Shown one piece after another: positions 52,001-58,087 of a stretch of 63,153 nt of DNA. A program made the translations under genes and the position numbers. The number at the start of each line of letters is the position of its first letter. Position 1 is the first letter of the stretch. The notes below the pieces were generated by a model. The model was not told where the DNA came from and did not search any database. It saw nothing but the letters and a program-made list of their open reading frames with translations. The DNA comes from Bacillota bacterium (lineage in GTDB: Bacteria; Bacillota; Clostridia; Saccharofermentanales; Fastidiosipilaceae), in the NCBI GenBank assembly GCA_023442635.1, contig JAEZYR010000145.1, positions 1 to 63,153 of the forward strand, read 5' to 3'.

Positions 52001-53275
52001 ATTGAGGTCGAGGATGGCGGCGTCAGCGCTGACGGACGCTATCGAGGCGAAGTCCAGGAAGTCAGCCAGGGCAGCTTCGAATTGACGAACAAGGAATATA
52101 CGCGCATCCCTGTCAGCAAGGTCTGGCAAGGCAAGGCAGGCGAAAAGGCGGCCTTCGAGCTCTATCGCCGTTTGGAGGGCGAGGCAGAAGAGCTGAAGCA
52201 AAAAGTCGCAGAGCTTGTGTTGACCGCCGAGCAAAATTGGCAGGGGGCTTTTGAGGACTTGCCCACAGTCGACGAAGAAACGGGCCTTGCCTATGTCTAT
52301 GAAGTGCAGGAAATTGCCCAAGAAGGCTATGCTAGCCGCATTTCAGGAAACAGCGCCGATGGCTATGTCGTGACCAATGTCGAGTTGCTCAATATCCCAG
52401 TCGAGAAGCGCTGGCTGGGCACGGTGCAGTCGATGGCGACCATTGAGCTTTTGGCCAATGGGGAGCCGACAGGGCAGCTGCTGGAACTGAATGCAGCCAA
52501 TCAGTGGCGCGGCGTTTTTGAGGGTCTGCCAGCCTTCGACGAAGCGGGGCAAGCTGTGACCTACACTGTGCGTGAACAGGCGCCGCAGACAGCCTATACG
52601 CTGCTTGAAGCGAAGGAAGAGCCAGCCTCTGAGGCAGAAACACAGGCTGAAGGTGTGGCCATGACGGCTAAGCCCCAAGTCGAGCTTGAGCAGCAGGACA
52701 AAGCCCAGGCTGAGAAGCAGGACAAAGCCCGGGCTGAGAAGCAGGGCGGAAAGCAAGACGAACAGCAAGGCGAGAAGGGCAGCCAGTTGCCGCAGTATGC
52801 TGTGACGATCGAAGGTGATCAGGACAATGGCTTTGTGGTGACCAATACGGAATTTCTCTCCATCCCAGTTGAAAAACAATGGGTGGGGAAGGCTCTCGAA
52901 AGTGTCAAGATTCGCTTGCTGGCCAACGGTCAAGCGACTGAGCAGATTTTGGAGCTGACGGCTGACACGAAGTGGCAAGGTGTCTTCGCTTCTCTGCCAG
53001 CTTTTGATGAGCAGGGCAAGCCCATCGTCTACAGTGTCGAAGAACTCGACCTCGATCCGCGCTACAAAGTCAGCATTACAGGCCAGGCGCATGGCGGCTT
53101 TGTGGTGACGAATAGCGAGATACCGACGACGCCACCGCCAACGAACATTCCGCGCACGGGGCAATCATGGCCCGGGATGCCCAAAGCCCTAGCCCTGCTT
53201 TGGGCTGGCGCAGCCTGTTGCCTCTTTCGCTTATCTCGCCGAGAAGAGCCAGAAGAAGGGGAGAAGGTCGGCTAA
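43082..53275 (+). CDS. Giant (3397 aa) cell-wall-anchored multidomain adhesin
   Basis: The protein begins with the signal peptide MNKKTSVLAWLLSLTMLATSFSSLSVTSLKA. Approximate domain order by nt:
- BspA-type LRR block 1 at ~43600-43990
- MucBP-like module (VHFVDAETGA...YTAPAIDGY) at ~44070-44300
- Ig-like module
- LRR block 2 at ~44800-46100
- second MucBP-like module (VTIHYVDEKGQTL...FGYTP) at ~46270
- ~930-aa central region with D(V/I)LP-type motifs
- about six SpaA/SdrD-B-like modules (LAGVEFQLY...YRIKETKAPKGY) at ~49300-51400
- five CnaB-type repeats (PVEKxWxG...LLANG...LPxxDxxGxxxxY) at ~51400-53100
- sorting signal IPRTG, a hydrophobic helix and the RLSRREE tail. Confidence 0.93.
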   Translation: MNKKTSVLAWLLSLTMLATSFSSLSVTSLKAASVEGGEQNPPTAEVTAGAEEEPSAVPSPSEDVGLGSEPGTKASSEEASNSDEPSWTDEGLAEKAVSSTLTPETGETAPDSPSAPDGQAASEPEQGAPLVGAGARAEQGSLRFAEGDVMVQGQLQHGYVVEGWVAGQESQTLTIPAAYLDLPVLAVADRAFVGSELTALTLPESLVEIGEQAFAANKIASLDLPQRLERVGQEAFRDNALTSLQLAKVKDIGSRAFANNQLQTVDLQGVVTVGEEAFRGNQLSEVAIPDSLEALGPHAFTYNGRYVLLTGENPLVKSEKQAGAFGQVAHPVDLIVHFVDAETGAAILNDRLEGSDFWTENGVAELGETQTYTAPAIDGYDPVEANVTYTPDRERYELTIRYNKRESALLLEAVGEAKIQLGAEVSRDLLLSFVRASNGQGKDLKSQVRMTPETIDSNEAGVHEILYSLEDANGNLRTLKRSVWVTADPDWLNFPLGEGWVLGDFVYGKESYNKTEVLGFTDQGKAKLSRNKDLILPHINPYDPSVEITRIGWGMKWGINQKNGFSGIEAKDIRDYNSNIQYINGTFTVKEADSLTLDGLVSNYSGYALVNSHIGHVKLNSLKSAGNEAFRGLRARIIELNGLERLSNRAIGGLQATERLELRSVKSIKKIYLNSTDTQGEIFLDSLEEVEEFYLAPKVKRIHAPKLKRIGNSAFFDTTILTVEDEDFISVETVEGDPFRWSPNDYFYWPHLKSISQNAFTERGFIFRRASRPVSLDDYAKRAVIITDKSRIFPPTANYVVDPEDGEIDANAPFGEDDFLYEDESKRKLIGLSKQGWRKIDERDYTTRLKIQLPDSVEEIGDKAFYDLWQSGLPNSFDELYVEGQNVRQLGQYAFSSSHLRGYDFPNLKVLKRYSLPSTMPEGNAPGFDLRGVEIIEYDAFGSYSNYDPAKRSDQQMLAIHGETFTFDSLREARVSAMGSSLSVYRLYLPAIERIDARAFGLQRMAEVYVGENLESLDSRAFTGGGSGYNPGYNGAITNPYGTTLVFTPDRQNPHNLQDGYGHVVNPTEVTIHYVDEKGQTLLPDRKQYRLPDNVLKKQGKPKEIIAPSIFGYTPKQVKYDIPDDRQVHDLTIVYTKAEQGVEGALVNQWNEEDRNAQNKPKELYEIGEQMRTWHYIDLTGYGSSIEGAVLKIYYDPKYVVASDITVPRSDAIAKYEAKDGVLSIYLQSNKNGGDIVGGQQLEIPIYWRFKKLQTPDLYKMQLNMDLRDEHDKIYATSQPIYLQGWYKKPSMSKNSPLNLPGYDYRDLTSADHAPRRLGELGIVNRPDGSYDYAVIKDEPVSFYFAIHDLARYVDKSVIKDVLPTYTALNDIGEEETRVAVFNPEENPDWHLSEDKKSVWTEVQHPATRMPSAYYPELKLRFPRALSGDNIENHAEIELFPYEQGELENTMRVSDDITIYQVLYKDKKPPKGEVYFDKSTERLPRFDGKNTYFFDTDEDRKKDLPFRIEVTAENRTITMRDVVVTDYDLDKKHSRLKYTGVSVQEGSTDETVSVVAYHKKGELMNPAEDQILETQRMQARKWQRIRFSSAVQDQIDYIQIIFRPDYALEGRLLFDVHTALREPGQSQYSSERENFYDNEALLTANLFGKETGLPASDRSKPLLTADGEVVTQDTPDWAHLPGNFIWWDKDIIHVRGFRMEMGIEKKQSYPSDRSVMPGDTGRYDLKLTPYLEGSRDARLGRDGVKEDLANFEMIDILPRGILVNAVHPTSDFIRSGGTYELVENYQGKGQEAVIFKADVLASGVFDIASIETSVEPNVSEGHVTNHVYGTWEYDGITKVGQKIAPPGVDDGREWLHDQASISVIKVCELTARKYIRREGGPWSMTGVKTPAGSAFDYRLSLFNGSSSERSAIDLVDVFPYLGDESIQELRPGSGQRPAKKSQFSNTLDLTREIQILRDDEDVKASFDIRYENGTGKIKEEIRGSADEAIEKLNWETTPQATSRAIRITAKPGFELKKNQQLDVIIPMKAPEDGNRLMGLKAYNTYVRKDAQTVRFLEPNRVYNEIPYPKGILEFTKKGYDEETKTSSNLAGVEFQLYKYYYYNYRWQEEYIQTAVSDENGLVRFSAFDLNPRGQYRIKETKAPKGYIGVGPQDFYGSSFKPIPGQLEDGVQVYKYVAEDFRFENRKPEKPIVGSLRVEKLINTPDGRVPGAVLQFHLQGKNKQGEVVYERDFFTNQEGRFEVDNLPAASYVLKEVAPAGQGHFIPVSQHFEIKKAPGRSEVGYTKHYFTANNGSALINYNYSLLITKLGVKDASLLDDISELNNIGQKGLGGYKFVLKGDDGSTIKTAATDTYGSQKGSVEVTVKPGVTYEIQEIETPYKNNYIHNTKSYRFKVGNDGALYTPEGKRFVQPFNLNFPNLEKPLKARVKVVKESNGGLPLPGAKFGLFQAQAEGEPLLIAEGTSQIEGKEAVVYFNDLKAGVYQLRELEAPLGYVRDERSVTVTIPERLPEYLSKDKNGLTYEDGPEEVLATFEHVFVNKSIQAEIIKGSTLQENLSEQRANWLLAEHPEWRKRQVAPGLWSVYQPLAGVKFVLDEIKDGERRRVSELESDADGQIHVPISRANMESVYELTEVQAAPGYRLDPTPLSVCLADEIRLTSWDGTLRRYKDNRPNKGRILLSKYELDTRQTLAGASFGLYAETAEGTGPAAWPLKVVKSDANGFVEFANLDFGRYYVRELEAPVGYQRLEKTWVFDLSEEASQDVQHAVAFNGKPLSLPVEKVWVGGGEEPEAISFKLFTDEALTKPAVDIDGQLVPPLVLRAEDNWRDPKAALEKDPVTGAERHGAARFENLPRYDQQGQLIHYYIQEEAILDEDGQPRFEPTITGDDKGYLVVNTNIEKRSILVRKRWVGQAADGVEVQLLANGKPVGDTVTLSPESQPKPWTHIFENLPRYSPDGQAISYQVVERAVLQGEKRIEVEDGGVSADGRYRGEVQEVSQGSFELTNKEYTRIPVSKVWQGKAGEKAAFELYRRLEGEAEELKQKVAELVLTAEQNWQGAFEDLPTVDEETGLAYVYEVQEIAQEGYASRISGNSADGYVVTNVELLNIPVEKRWLGTVQSMATIELLANGEPTGQLLELNAANQWRGVFEGLPAFDEAGQAVTYTVREQAPQTAYTLLEAKEEPASEAETQAEGVAMTAKPQVELEQQDKAQAEKQDKARAEKQGGKQDEQQGEKGSQLPQYAVTIEGDQDNGFVVTNTEFLSIPVEKQWVGKALESVKIRLLANGQATEQILELTADTKWQGVFASLPAFDEQGKPIVYSVEELDLDPRYKVSITGQAHGGFVVTNSEIPTTPPPTNIPRTGQSWPGMPKALALLWAGAACCLFRLSRREEPEEGEKVG
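52693..52740 (+). repeat. 24-bp tandem duplication inside the adhesin gene (QDKAQAEK/QDKARAEK)
   Basis: GCAGGACAAAGCCCAGGCTGAGAA at 52693-52716 is repeated at 52717-52740 with a single A>G difference. Degenerate copies follow. Confidence 0.85.
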
Positions 53276-53314
53276 GGATAAGCACGCACAGCTGACAAAT
53301 TCCATGATGGAGGA

Positions 53315-53335
53315 GGCCGCCCAGAGCGGCCTTTT
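53315..53335 (+). terminator. Terminator after the adhesin gene
   Basis: GGCCGC-ccaga-GCGGCC followed by TTTT, 40 nt after the stop codon. Confidence 0.55.
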
Positions 53336-53541
53336 CCGAGTCTGGCCAAAGGGGGCAATATAGGCATTGCCCCAGTCTTTGAGAGGGCATTTTCTCTGGA
53401 ATTTCAACATCCGTACGCTAGGTTAAAGCGAAGTTAGCTAAAAGAGCGTATGATGAGCCAAAGCTAAAAAGCTATCGGAGCCTAGGTTCTAGTGCCCCGA
53501 GCGAACAGCGCAAAGCGAACAGAGCAAAAGGAGAATCTTAG

Positions 53542-55329
53542 ATGAGGACAGTTGCCGAACGACTCGCAAGCCTTGCCGATCTCAGAGAGGCGATGCGAGC
53601 TGAGGGGATAGACGCTTATATTATTACGATGTTCGATGATCACAACAGTGAATATGTCGCTGACTACTGGCGTCGCATCGATTGGCTGTCAGGCTTTTCG
53701 GGTTCGGCTGGAACTCTGGCGATCACCCTGGATGAAGCCGCACTCTGGGCCGATGGCCGCTATGTCATTCAGGCCGAAGAACAGCTGGCTGGCACAGGCA
53801 TTGTGCGCATCCAAGACCGCCTGAGCAGCACGCCCAAGTTGTCTGACTGGCTGTTAGAGCGTGTGGGCAAGGAAGCCAGTGTAGCGACGGATGGCCGAAC
53901 CCTTTCGATGGGACTTGCGGCTACCTTGCGCCAAAGCTATCCGAACTTGCGCACGGATGCTGACCTCATCACGCCGCTTTGGCAGGAGCGTCCTAACCTG
54001 GCTCAAGAGCCCTTGCGCGAACTGCCCCTAGAGATTACAGGCGAGAGCCGCCAAGACCGCCTGCAACGTTTCCGCGAGGAGCTAAGCCGACAGGCGGAAG
54101 GCTGTGAGCACACCTTTATCGCCTCCCTTGATGACATTGCCTACTTGCTCAATTTGCGTGGAGCCGATGTCCCGAACAACCCTGTCTTCTATGCCTTTTT
54201 AGCTGTGGAGCCAGAGGGAGCCTGCCTATTTGTTGACCTGGAGAAGGTCACGCCTGAACTCGAAGCTGCTCTAGCCAAAGATGGCGTTCGCCTCCAACCC
54301 TATGAGGCGGCGACAAGCTACCTCCAAGGCCTCCAGGCTGAGCATTGCCCCAGTCTTTGCCTAGATCCCAATTACACGAACATTCAGCTGGCGGATGCCT
54401 TGCACCCATCCATCCAACAAATTCAGCGCCGCTCGCCCAGCGTCCAGATGCGCGCCATCAAAAACGAGACCGAACTGGCCAACTTGCGGCAGACGCAGCT
54501 GGCCGAAGGCGTTGCCTTAACGAAGCTCGCCTATTGGATCAAGCATTGGCCTAAAGGCGAGAGCCCGACAGAGTGGGAAGTCAGCGAAAAAATAGCCCAA
54601 CTTCGCCGCGAGCAGGGGGCTTTTGATGAGAGTTTTGGCACGATTGCGGCCTTTGATGCCAATGCCGCTCAGATGCACTACGGCCCTAGCCCCGAAAAGT
54701 GCAGCCGCTTGAGTGGCGATGGTATTTTGCTGGTCGATACAGGCGGACATTACCCTGGCGGCACCACTGACACGACCCGTACATTCAGCATCGGGGCGGT
54801 GAATCCAGACTTTGCGCGCGACTATACCCTGACCCTCAAATCGCATATCGACCTGGCTTCGGCCGTCTTTATGAAGGGAACGACGGGGCAGAACTTGGAT
54901 ATTTTGGCTCGTCTGCCCATGTGGCGCTGTGGTTTGGACTACAAGTGTGGCACGGGTCATGGCGTGGGATACCTCCTATCCGTTCACGAAGGCCCCCAAA
55001 ATATCTCGATGGGTGGCTCACATGTGCCGCTTGAAATTGGCATGATCGTGACGGATGAACCTGGTGTTTATCGCGAGGACCAGTGGGGGATTCGCATCGA
55101 AAATGACCTCCTCGTTCAGAAGAAAGAGGAGACAGACTGTGGCCTTTTCTATCATTTCGAAGTGATGACCTTCTGCCCGATCGATGTCGACCCGATTCAA
55201 GTCGAACTTTTGAGCCCCGAAGAAAAGGCTTGGCTCAACGCCTATCACGCGGCCGTATATGAGCGCCTGGCATCTCGCCTTGAACCCGAAGAGGCGGCTT
55301 GGTTGGCCGAAGTAACGGCTGCCATTTAA
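53542..55329 (+). CDS. Xaa-Pro aminopeptidase (M24B, aminopeptidase P family, long form)
   Basis: Creatinase-like N-terminal domains and M24 metal-ligand segments: DTGGHYPGGTTDTTRT, HGVGYLLSVHEGP and VTDEPGVY...IRIEN. RBS AAGGAG. Confidence 0.9.
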   Translation: MRTVAERLASLADLREAMRAEGIDAYIITMFDDHNSEYVADYWRRIDWLSGFSGSAGTLAITLDEAALWADGRYVIQAEEQLAGTGIVRIQDRLSSTPKLSDWLLERVGKEASVATDGRTLSMGLAATLRQSYPNLRTDADLITPLWQERPNLAQEPLRELPLEITGESRQDRLQRFREELSRQAEGCEHTFIASLDDIAYLLNLRGADVPNNPVFYAFLAVEPEGACLFVDLEKVTPELEAALAKDGVRLQPYEAATSYLQGLQAEHCPSLCLDPNYTNIQLADALHPSIQQIQRRSPSVQMRAIKNETELANLRQTQLAEGVALTKLAYWIKHWPKGESPTEWEVSEKIAQLRREQGAFDESFGTIAAFDANAAQMHYGPSPEKCSRLSGDGILLVDTGGHYPGGTTDTTRTFSIGAVNPDFARDYTLTLKSHIDLASAVFMKGTTGQNLDILARLPMWRCGLDYKCGTGHGVGYLLSVHEGPQNISMGGSHVPLEIGMIVTDEPGVYREDQWGIRIENDLLVQKKEETDCGLFYHFEVMTFCPIDVDPIQVELLSPEEKAWLNAYHAAVYERLASRLEPEEAAWLAEVTAAI

Positions 55330-55414
55330 GCTAAGCCCCTGCCAGCTGGCCCTGCTTGGTGAGACTCGCCCTGCAAGCTAGCGGCAAGCGACGCCTAAGC
55401 CATACAAACGCTGG

Positions 55415-55439
55415 ACGCTGAGCGAAGTGGGCTCAGCGT
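55415..55439 (+). terminator. Hairpin after the aminopeptidase gene
   Basis: A 9-bp stem ACGCTGAGC-gaagtgg-GCTCAGCGT. The U-tail is weak (TCAGCGTTTCTTC). Confidence 0.4.
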
Positions 55440-55645
55440 TCAGCGTTTCTTCTGCACAAAAACACGCCTGCTTATGCCCATAGCCTCTCCAAAACGGCTT
55501 TGACCAGCTCTAGCAGGACGTGTTTTTTTGCTTTTGGGCATCTTTTCCTCATTCGGCTTACACTTTTTGGCAACTCTGCTGAAACGATCTCTTAAGCTAC
55601 AAGCACAGAACAAGAAGCTCAGTTTCTTGGGGATAGGAGGTTTGT

Positions 55646-57643
55646 ATGAGGCAAAAGTATCGAAATGCAAAAGCTTGCTTAGGTCTGGCCTTGGCAGCCT
55701 TGATGGCGCTGACGGCTTGCTCAGGTCCAGCCAGCAAGAGCCCTCAGACAGGGGGAGGAACACCTTCGGATCCAGCTCGTGTTGACGGACAGCAGCCCTC
55801 AAGTCAGCCCCCAGGCGCAGCTGATGGCGAAATGACAGAAGTCGGTACGCCGCGGCGCGAAACGCTCATTGTGGAGCCAAGTACAGGCACAGATTCGCCT
55901 GGGCAGTTCAATCCCTATATGACAGGGACGGCAGTCAACTTTGGCATGCATCAGCTGCTCTATGCCCATCTTTGGGAGATTGACACGACCAAAGGCGAAC
56001 AGTTTGGCGAAGTCGCAGAAGGCATGCCCGAAGCGAACGCTGACTTTACAGAGCACATCGTCAAAATCCGCAAAGGCATCAAGTGGTCGGACGGCGAAGA
56101 CCTCAACGCAGACGACGTTGTTTTTACAGTCAATCTGATCATGACAGATGACGATATTTCCTCCAAGGCCTACTACAACACGATTTTTGATCGGGTCGAA
56201 AAGGTCGATGACTATACCGTCAAGTTTGTGACCAAAGAATCCTTCCCCCGCTTAGCGCAAAAATTTGGCGTGACGACTTGGGGCAATGACCTGCGCATTG
56301 TGCCAGAACACATTTATAGCAAGGAGGAGCGCGTCACCGCCTTCAAAGACGAAAAGCCTGTTGTGGCAGGCCCATATACCGTCAAGGCCTACGACCCTCT
56401 CGGCAAGTGGATTCTCTATGAACGGCGGCCAGACTGGCAGCAATCGACCGTCGGCGTGATCACGGGCAAAGAGCCCAAGGCCAAGTACGTTTGGTTCCGC
56501 TTCTTCAATGACGATACGACCAGACAGATGGCCATGATCAACAACGAGATGGATGTTTTGCGCGAAGTGACGCCCGAGATGTTCCAAGGCATAAAAGAAG
56601 CCAACTCGGCCGTATCCGCGTGGTACAAGGAATTCCCCTATGCTACGAGCGATGACCCAGGTGCCAAGGGGCTTTGCTTTATGTGCGACAAAGCGCCCTT
56701 TAGCAATCCTGACTTCCGCTGGGGTATCGCTTTGGCGATGAACCTAGACGAGATGACGATGAACATCTTTGATGGGGCGGGTCGTGCTTCTGTTCTGCCT
56801 GTTTTGACGGCCACGAAGGCGATGCAAGAAATGTACTACAAACCGCTGTTACCATGGCTCGAATCCCTAGAATTAGACCTGGGCGATGGCAGCAAAATCA
56901 AGCCTTGGGATCCTCACTTTGCTGAGCGCATGGGTGAGAAACTGCGCGCACAGTATCCCGATTTGCCTACAGAACCCGAGCGTTTGGTCGACATGTTCGG
57001 CGTCGGCTGCTGGAAATATGACCCTGAAGCCGCGGAGAAACTCTTGCTCAAAGCGGGTCTCGAAAAGAAGGCTGATGGCTGGTACTTTGAGGGCAAGCCT
57101 TTTGTGATTCATATGACCTATCTGGCCGATACAGAAGTCCAGATCGCTCGCAGCGTCAAAGCCGCCTATGACCAATTGAGCAAGTTTGGCTTGCACTGTG
57201 AGATTGCTTCGGACAGCACGGCCAGCTGGGATATCAACTATGTGACAGGCAACTTTGAGCTGTCGGGCTATCACCCAGTCGGTGGCAGCACGCGCGATAT
57301 TTACACGGTGATCGCGGCTTGGGATGAGGACTTGATGGCCCCTGTCGGCGAAAAAGGCGCAGGTCAGGGGGCTAGATGGCGCAACGCCGAAGCGACGGCC
57401 ATCATCCACAAGTTGGCAGGCATCGACCCAGCTTCAGACGAAGCCTATCAATTAGGGCAAGACTTCATGAAGCTGGCCATTCGGAATCTGCCCTTTATCG
57501 GTTTCTTGTCTGGGGTGAAATTTGTGCCAGTCAATGAGACCTACTGGACGCATTTCCCCTCAGCTGAGGATCCCTACAATGGGCCTTGGTGGTGGTGGAG
57601 CTGCTTCAAGTACATCCTGCCAGAGATTCAGCCACAGAGCTAA
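55646..57643 (+). CDS. ABC transporter substrate-binding lipoprotein, family 5 (peptide/nickel type), paralog 1
   Basis: Lipobox LMALTACSG. 665 aa. About 70% identical by eye to the next gene. RBS AGGAGG. Confidence 0.88.
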   Translation: MRQKYRNAKACLGLALAALMALTACSGPASKSPQTGGGTPSDPARVDGQQPSSQPPGAADGEMTEVGTPRRETLIVEPSTGTDSPGQFNPYMTGTAVNFGMHQLLYAHLWEIDTTKGEQFGEVAEGMPEANADFTEHIVKIRKGIKWSDGEDLNADDVVFTVNLIMTDDDISSKAYYNTIFDRVEKVDDYTVKFVTKESFPRLAQKFGVTTWGNDLRIVPEHIYSKEERVTAFKDEKPVVAGPYTVKAYDPLGKWILYERRPDWQQSTVGVITGKEPKAKYVWFRFFNDDTTRQMAMINNEMDVLREVTPEMFQGIKEANSAVSAWYKEFPYATSDDPGAKGLCFMCDKAPFSNPDFRWGIALAMNLDEMTMNIFDGAGRASVLPVLTATKAMQEMYYKPLLPWLESLELDLGDGSKIKPWDPHFAERMGEKLRAQYPDLPTEPERLVDMFGVGCWKYDPEAAEKLLLKAGLEKKADGWYFEGKPFVIHMTYLADTEVQIARSVKAAYDQLSKFGLHCEIASDSTASWDINYVTGNFELSGYHPVGGSTRDIYTVIAAWDEDLMAPVGEKGAGQGARWRNAEATAIIHKLAGIDPASDEAYQLGQDFMKLAIRNLPFIGFLSGVKFVPVNETYWTHFPSAEDPYNGPWWWWSCFKYILPEIQPQS

Positions 57644-58087
57644 GCTGCGGCTGAGGCGAAAAGCAGACGGCCTGTTCGCATGCGAGCGTACATAGGTCAT
57701 GTGTAAAGGGAGGGCGAGCGAGCAGAAGAGGCTTGGCTTGCCCTCTTTTGTACAAAAGGCGAGCTGGCCTGCAGAGCAGAAGCGCCACAACCTCTTTCTC
57801 GCCGCGCACGAAGCCTTGCGGACTTTGTGCTGCTGTGCCAGAGTTCATAAATTATCTAAATGATTGAACGTTAAACCTTCTGACAGACTAAAATTTTTCC
57901 GTGCACTTTAGACAAGTTTCGCGAGGCTAATAAGGCCGATAATGTTAATTTTTCATTTTTGACTAGTTGAAATATACAAAACGCCTTGATAACCTAAGAG
58001 CGTCTATAAGCGCTGGCCTGCCTCTTGAGCCAGACGCAAAAAGCGGTTTAACCGCGATAAGTACTTAAGTACTGAGGAGGAGAGATC

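Noticed and set aside
55440-55802. A 120-aa minus-strand ORF in the spacer upstream of the first binding-protein gene.
   Set aside because: It overlaps the well-supported SBP start and its RBS. It has no Shine-Dalgarno sequence, and its translation is basic and low-complexity. I treat the region as a non-coding leader.
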